Assembly: GCA_902788415.1 (NCBI GenBank)
Contig: CADAKF010000014.1
Span: 1 to 54,299, forward strand
DNA: 54,299 bases
Direction: 5' to 3'
Source of the DNA: an uncultured bacterium
GTDB lineage: Bacteria; Verrucomicrobiota; Kiritimatiellia; RFP12; UBA1067
Shown piece by piece: positions 51,448-54,299 of the stretch (position 1 is its first letter; every line of letters begins with the position of its first letter). The translations under genes and the position numbers were made by a program. The notes under the pieces are model-generated. The model ran no database searches, was not told the DNA's origin, and was given only the letters and a program-made list of their open reading frames with translations.

Positions 51448-52710
51448 ATGCCGAGTGTTGTTCAGTTTAATAATGGATTGAGAGCCTTGTTCGTTCCGTG
51501 CGAGGCTGAGTCTGTCGCGGTCGGGCTTTTCATTGCGTCCGGATCGCGCCACGAGACCGCGAAGACCGCCGGTATCTCCCATTTCATCGAGCACATGCTT
51601 TTCAAGGGCACGCCGACGCGCAAGCCCGTGGACATCACGCGTGCGATCGAGGGACGCGGCGGCAACTTTAACGCCTGCACGGGCGAGGAGGCGACGTGCT
51701 ATTTCGCGCATCTCCCCTGTGAGTATCTCGCCGAGGCGGTGGACATCCTGTCCGACATGTATCTCCGGGCGACGATTCCGTCCGACGAGTTCGCCCGCGA
51801 GAAGCAGGTGATTCTCGAGGAGATTCGCATGTACGCGGACGAGCCGGACTCCGTTGCAATGGAGAACCTGCAGCGCGCGCTCTTCCCGACGTCCACGCTC
51901 GGCGCACCTGTCGCCGGTACGCCGGAATCGCTGAGGCCGATGAAGCCCGTCGACCTGAAGCGCTACATCAAGTCGCACTATCTTCCGTCCAACACCGTCG
52001 TCGTCATCGTCGGCAATTTCGATGAGGCGAGGGCCGTGAATCTGGCGGAAAAGTCCTTTGGGAGAGAAGCGAAATCCCTTCCGCATCAGAAGAAGGACGG
52101 TTCGCTCTTCTCTCGAAGCGGAAAGGATTCCGCTTCCCCCCTCTTGGGGAAGCCGATTTCCCGTGTCTCGGCTTCCAAGGAAATCGCCCAGACCCAGCTC
52201 GCGCTCGGCTACCGCACGTTCGGCATCTGTGACAACCGCAAGTACGCGGCGACGGTGATGGATGCAATCCTCGGGCGGGGCATGTCGAGCCGGCTCTTCC
52301 AGGAGGTGCGAGAGAAGCGCGGTCTCAGCTACGACATCTCGTCGCGGATGCAATTCTTCCAGGACGCTGGGATGTTCACGGTCACGGCAGGACTGGATCC
52401 GTCGAAGGCGAAGGACGCGCTTGATACGATTGACCGCGAGCTTAGGCGCATCCGCGAGAAGTCGATCTCCGCAGCGGAACTGAAGCGCACGAAGGAGTTC
52501 CTGATCGGCAACTTCCGCCTCTCACATGAGAAGGTGACGTCGAAGCTTTTTTTCTACGGACAGACGATGTTGTCGTTCGGACGCCTCGTTTCGCCGCAAG
52601 AGCAGGTCGAGGGCATCCGCGCCGTCACTGCGGCGGACGTGAAGGCCGTCGCCAACGCCATTTTGAAACAGTCAAACAGAAGCATCAGCTGGGTGGTGCC
52701 GCGAAGTTAG
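51448..52710 (+). CDS. M16-family zinc metallopeptidase (insulinase-like)
   Basis: 'HFIEHMLFKGT' HxxEH motif; 420 aa. Confidence 0.85.
   Translation: MPSVVQFNNGLRALFVPCEAESVAVGLFIASGSRHETAKTAGISHFIEHMLFKGTPTRKPVDITRAIEGRGGNFNACTGEEATCYFAHLPCEYLAEAVDILSDMYLRATIPSDEFAREKQVILEEIRMYADEPDSVAMENLQRALFPTSTLGAPVAGTPESLRPMKPVDLKRYIKSHYLPSNTVVVIVGNFDEARAVNLAEKSFGREAKSLPHQKKDGSLFSRSGKDSASPLLGKPISRVSASKEIAQTQLALGYRTFGICDNRKYAATVMDAILGRGMSSRLFQEVREKRGLSYDISSRMQFFQDAGMFTVTAGLDPSKAKDALDTIDRELRRIREKSISAAELKRTKEFLIGNFRLSHEKVTSKLFFYGQTMLSFGRLVSPQEQVEGIRAVTAADVKAVANAILKQSNRSISWVVPRS
52101..52143 (+). repeat. Copy of the palindromic in-frame element with a degenerate 5' half
   Basis: ttcgctcttctctcgaagcggaaaggattccgcttcccccctc; translated 'SRSGKDSASPL'. 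Confidence 0.85.
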
Positions 52711-52740
52711 GTGAAGGTCAAAGGTGAAGGTGAACAAAGG
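52710..52740 (+). repeat. GGTGAAGG-type short tandem tract upstream of the aconitase gene
   Basis: ggtgaaggtcaaaggtgaaggtgaacaaagg. Confidence 0.7.
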
Positions 52741-52752
52741 AAGTTTAAAATC

Positions 52753-54299
52753 ATGAAGAAGATGAACGTCGTACAGAAGATTCTCTCCAAGCACCTCGTC
52801 GAAGGCGACCCCGCGGTCGATTCCGAGATCGGCATCCGCATCGACCAGACCCTGACGCAGGATGCGACGGGGACGATGGCGTACCTGCAGTTTGAGTCGA
52901 TGGGCGTGAGGCACGTCAAGAACGACCTCGCCGTCAGCTACGTCGACCACAACACCGTGCAGATTGGCTTTGAAAACGCCGACGACCACGACTTCCTCGC
53001 CTCAATTGCCAAGAAGTACGGCATCGTCTACTCCAAGGCCGGCAACGGCATCTGCCACCAGCTCCACCTCGAACGCTTCGGCAAGCCGGGAACGACGTTG
53101 CTCGGGTCTGACTCGCATACGCCGACGGGCGGCGGCATCGGACAGATCGCCATTGGCGCAGGTGGTATCGACATTGCGGTCGCCATGGCGGGCGGCGCAT
53201 TCCACATCCCGACGCCGAAGGTGCGGGCGATCGTCCTCAAGGGCAAGCTCCGCAAGGGTGTGAGCGCAAAGGACGTGATCCTGAAGGTGCTGGAGAAGTT
53301 CGGCACGAAGGGCAACGTGGGCTGGATCTTTGAGTACACGGGTCCGGGCGTCGCGACGCTGGACGTTCCCTCGCGCGCGACGATCACCAACATGGGCGCG
53401 GAACTGGGCGTCACGACGAGCGTGTTCCCGTCCGACAAGGTGACGAAGCAGTTCCTCGCGGCACAGGGTCGCGCGAAGGACTTTACCGAGATTGTCGCCG
53501 ACAAGGGCGCAACCTATGACGATACGTTCGTAGTCGACCTCGCGAAGCTCGAGCCGCTTGCCGCTGCGCCGCATTCGCCGGGCAACATCGTGACGGTGAA
53601 GTCGATGAAGGGCACGAAAGTCAATCAGATCATGATTGGCTCATGCACGAACTCGTCCTACCGCGACATCCGCACGGTGGCGCAGATCCTGAAGGGAAAG
53701 CACGTCGCCGAAGACGTCGAGGTCGGCATCGCGTGCGGTTCCCGCCAGGTCGTCAACATGCTGGCGGCGGACGGGTCGCTCGCGATTCTCATCAAGGCGG
53801 GCTGCCGCATCCTCGAGAACGCGTGCGGCTTCTGCATTGGCGCGCACATGTCCCCATCCACAAACGCCGTGTCGCTCCGCACCAACAACCGCAATTTCGA
53901 GGGCCGCAGCGGCACCAAGTCCGCCCAGGTCTATCTCGTCTCGCCGGAGACGGCGGCGGCCTCGGCGCTGACCGGTACTTTTTCCTCAGCACAAACAGCT
54001 AACAGCCAACAGCTAAAAGCCGTGCGCCCTCCGGCGCACTTCCCGATCGACGATGGTTCCTCTACCGCAGGACGGCGGGCAAGGGCGTTGCAGGCACGAA
54101 GATCGTCCGCGGTCCGAACATCGCTACGGTGCCGAAAGGTGTGCCGCTCGCGAAGGACCTGAAGGGCGCATGCGCGATCAAGGTCGGGGACAAGATCACG
54201 ACGGACCACATCATGCCGGCCGGCGCGCGGCTCAAATTTCGCTCCAACGTGCCGCAGTACGCGAAGTTCGTCTTCGAGCCGTGCAATCCGAAGTTCCAC
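52753..54299 (+). pseudogene. acn: Aconitate hydratase, apparent 1-nt frameshift near 54055; 3' end beyond window
   Basis: 'GSDSHTPTGGG', 'IGSCTNSS' and 'NRNFEGRSG' in the frame of 52753. After '..FPIDDG' the conserved continuation 'GTKIVRGPNIATVPKG..GDKITTDHIMPAG' is in another frame. Confidence 0.75.
53991..54021 (+). repeat. AACAGCT-family heptad array translated inside the aconitase gene
   Basis: acaaaca gctaaca gccaaca gctaaaa gcc; encodes 'AQTANSQQLKA'. Confidence 0.85.

Overview
54.3-kb chromosomal segment, roughly 60-65% GC by spot counts, from a diderm bacterium (lpxA, lptF/G-type permease, gldA/F/G-like ABC system). A hydF remnant suggests an anaerobic lineage. Most genes are + strand housekeeping genes: tpiA, panB, obg, rpmE, prfA, prs, pth, hrpB, tyrS, lpxA, pyrC, xerD, tmk, holB, nusB, ribD/E, hisB/A and aconitase. 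The left end carries a truncated IS1634-type transposase next to an accessory glycan/deoxysugar locus (GT17, GT8, GT4, decayed 2,3-dehydratase, ketoreductase-SDR fusion). A lower-GC island of about 3.5 kb (18.8-22.2 kb) holds a ParE/RelE-Phd toxin-antitoxin pair and an orphan 812-aa zinc-ribbon/TM/coiled-coil protein beside a SWIM-SNF2 helicase. The most unusual signal is at the DNA level. (1) A palindromic module of about 45 bp is inserted in-frame and sense-oriented into seven unrelated genes, usually encoding ...SGKDSASPL..., which recalls Rickettsia palindromic elements. (2) Several families of 7-8-bp tandem arrays (AACAGCT, GTTTGARR, CGTCTYC/GRGACG, CACAGAGA, GGTGARG) form inverted-repeat hairpins between genes and are also translated inside conserved genes. 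(3) TG(G/A)TATAAT extended -10 boxes sit 6-9 nt from start codons, implying leaderless mRNAs. (4) Four conserved genes (2,3-dehydratase, hydF, murF, aconitase) carry frame-breaking lesions, which indicate either genome erosion or assembly error. All calls come from reading the sequence and the ORF track; no database search was possible.
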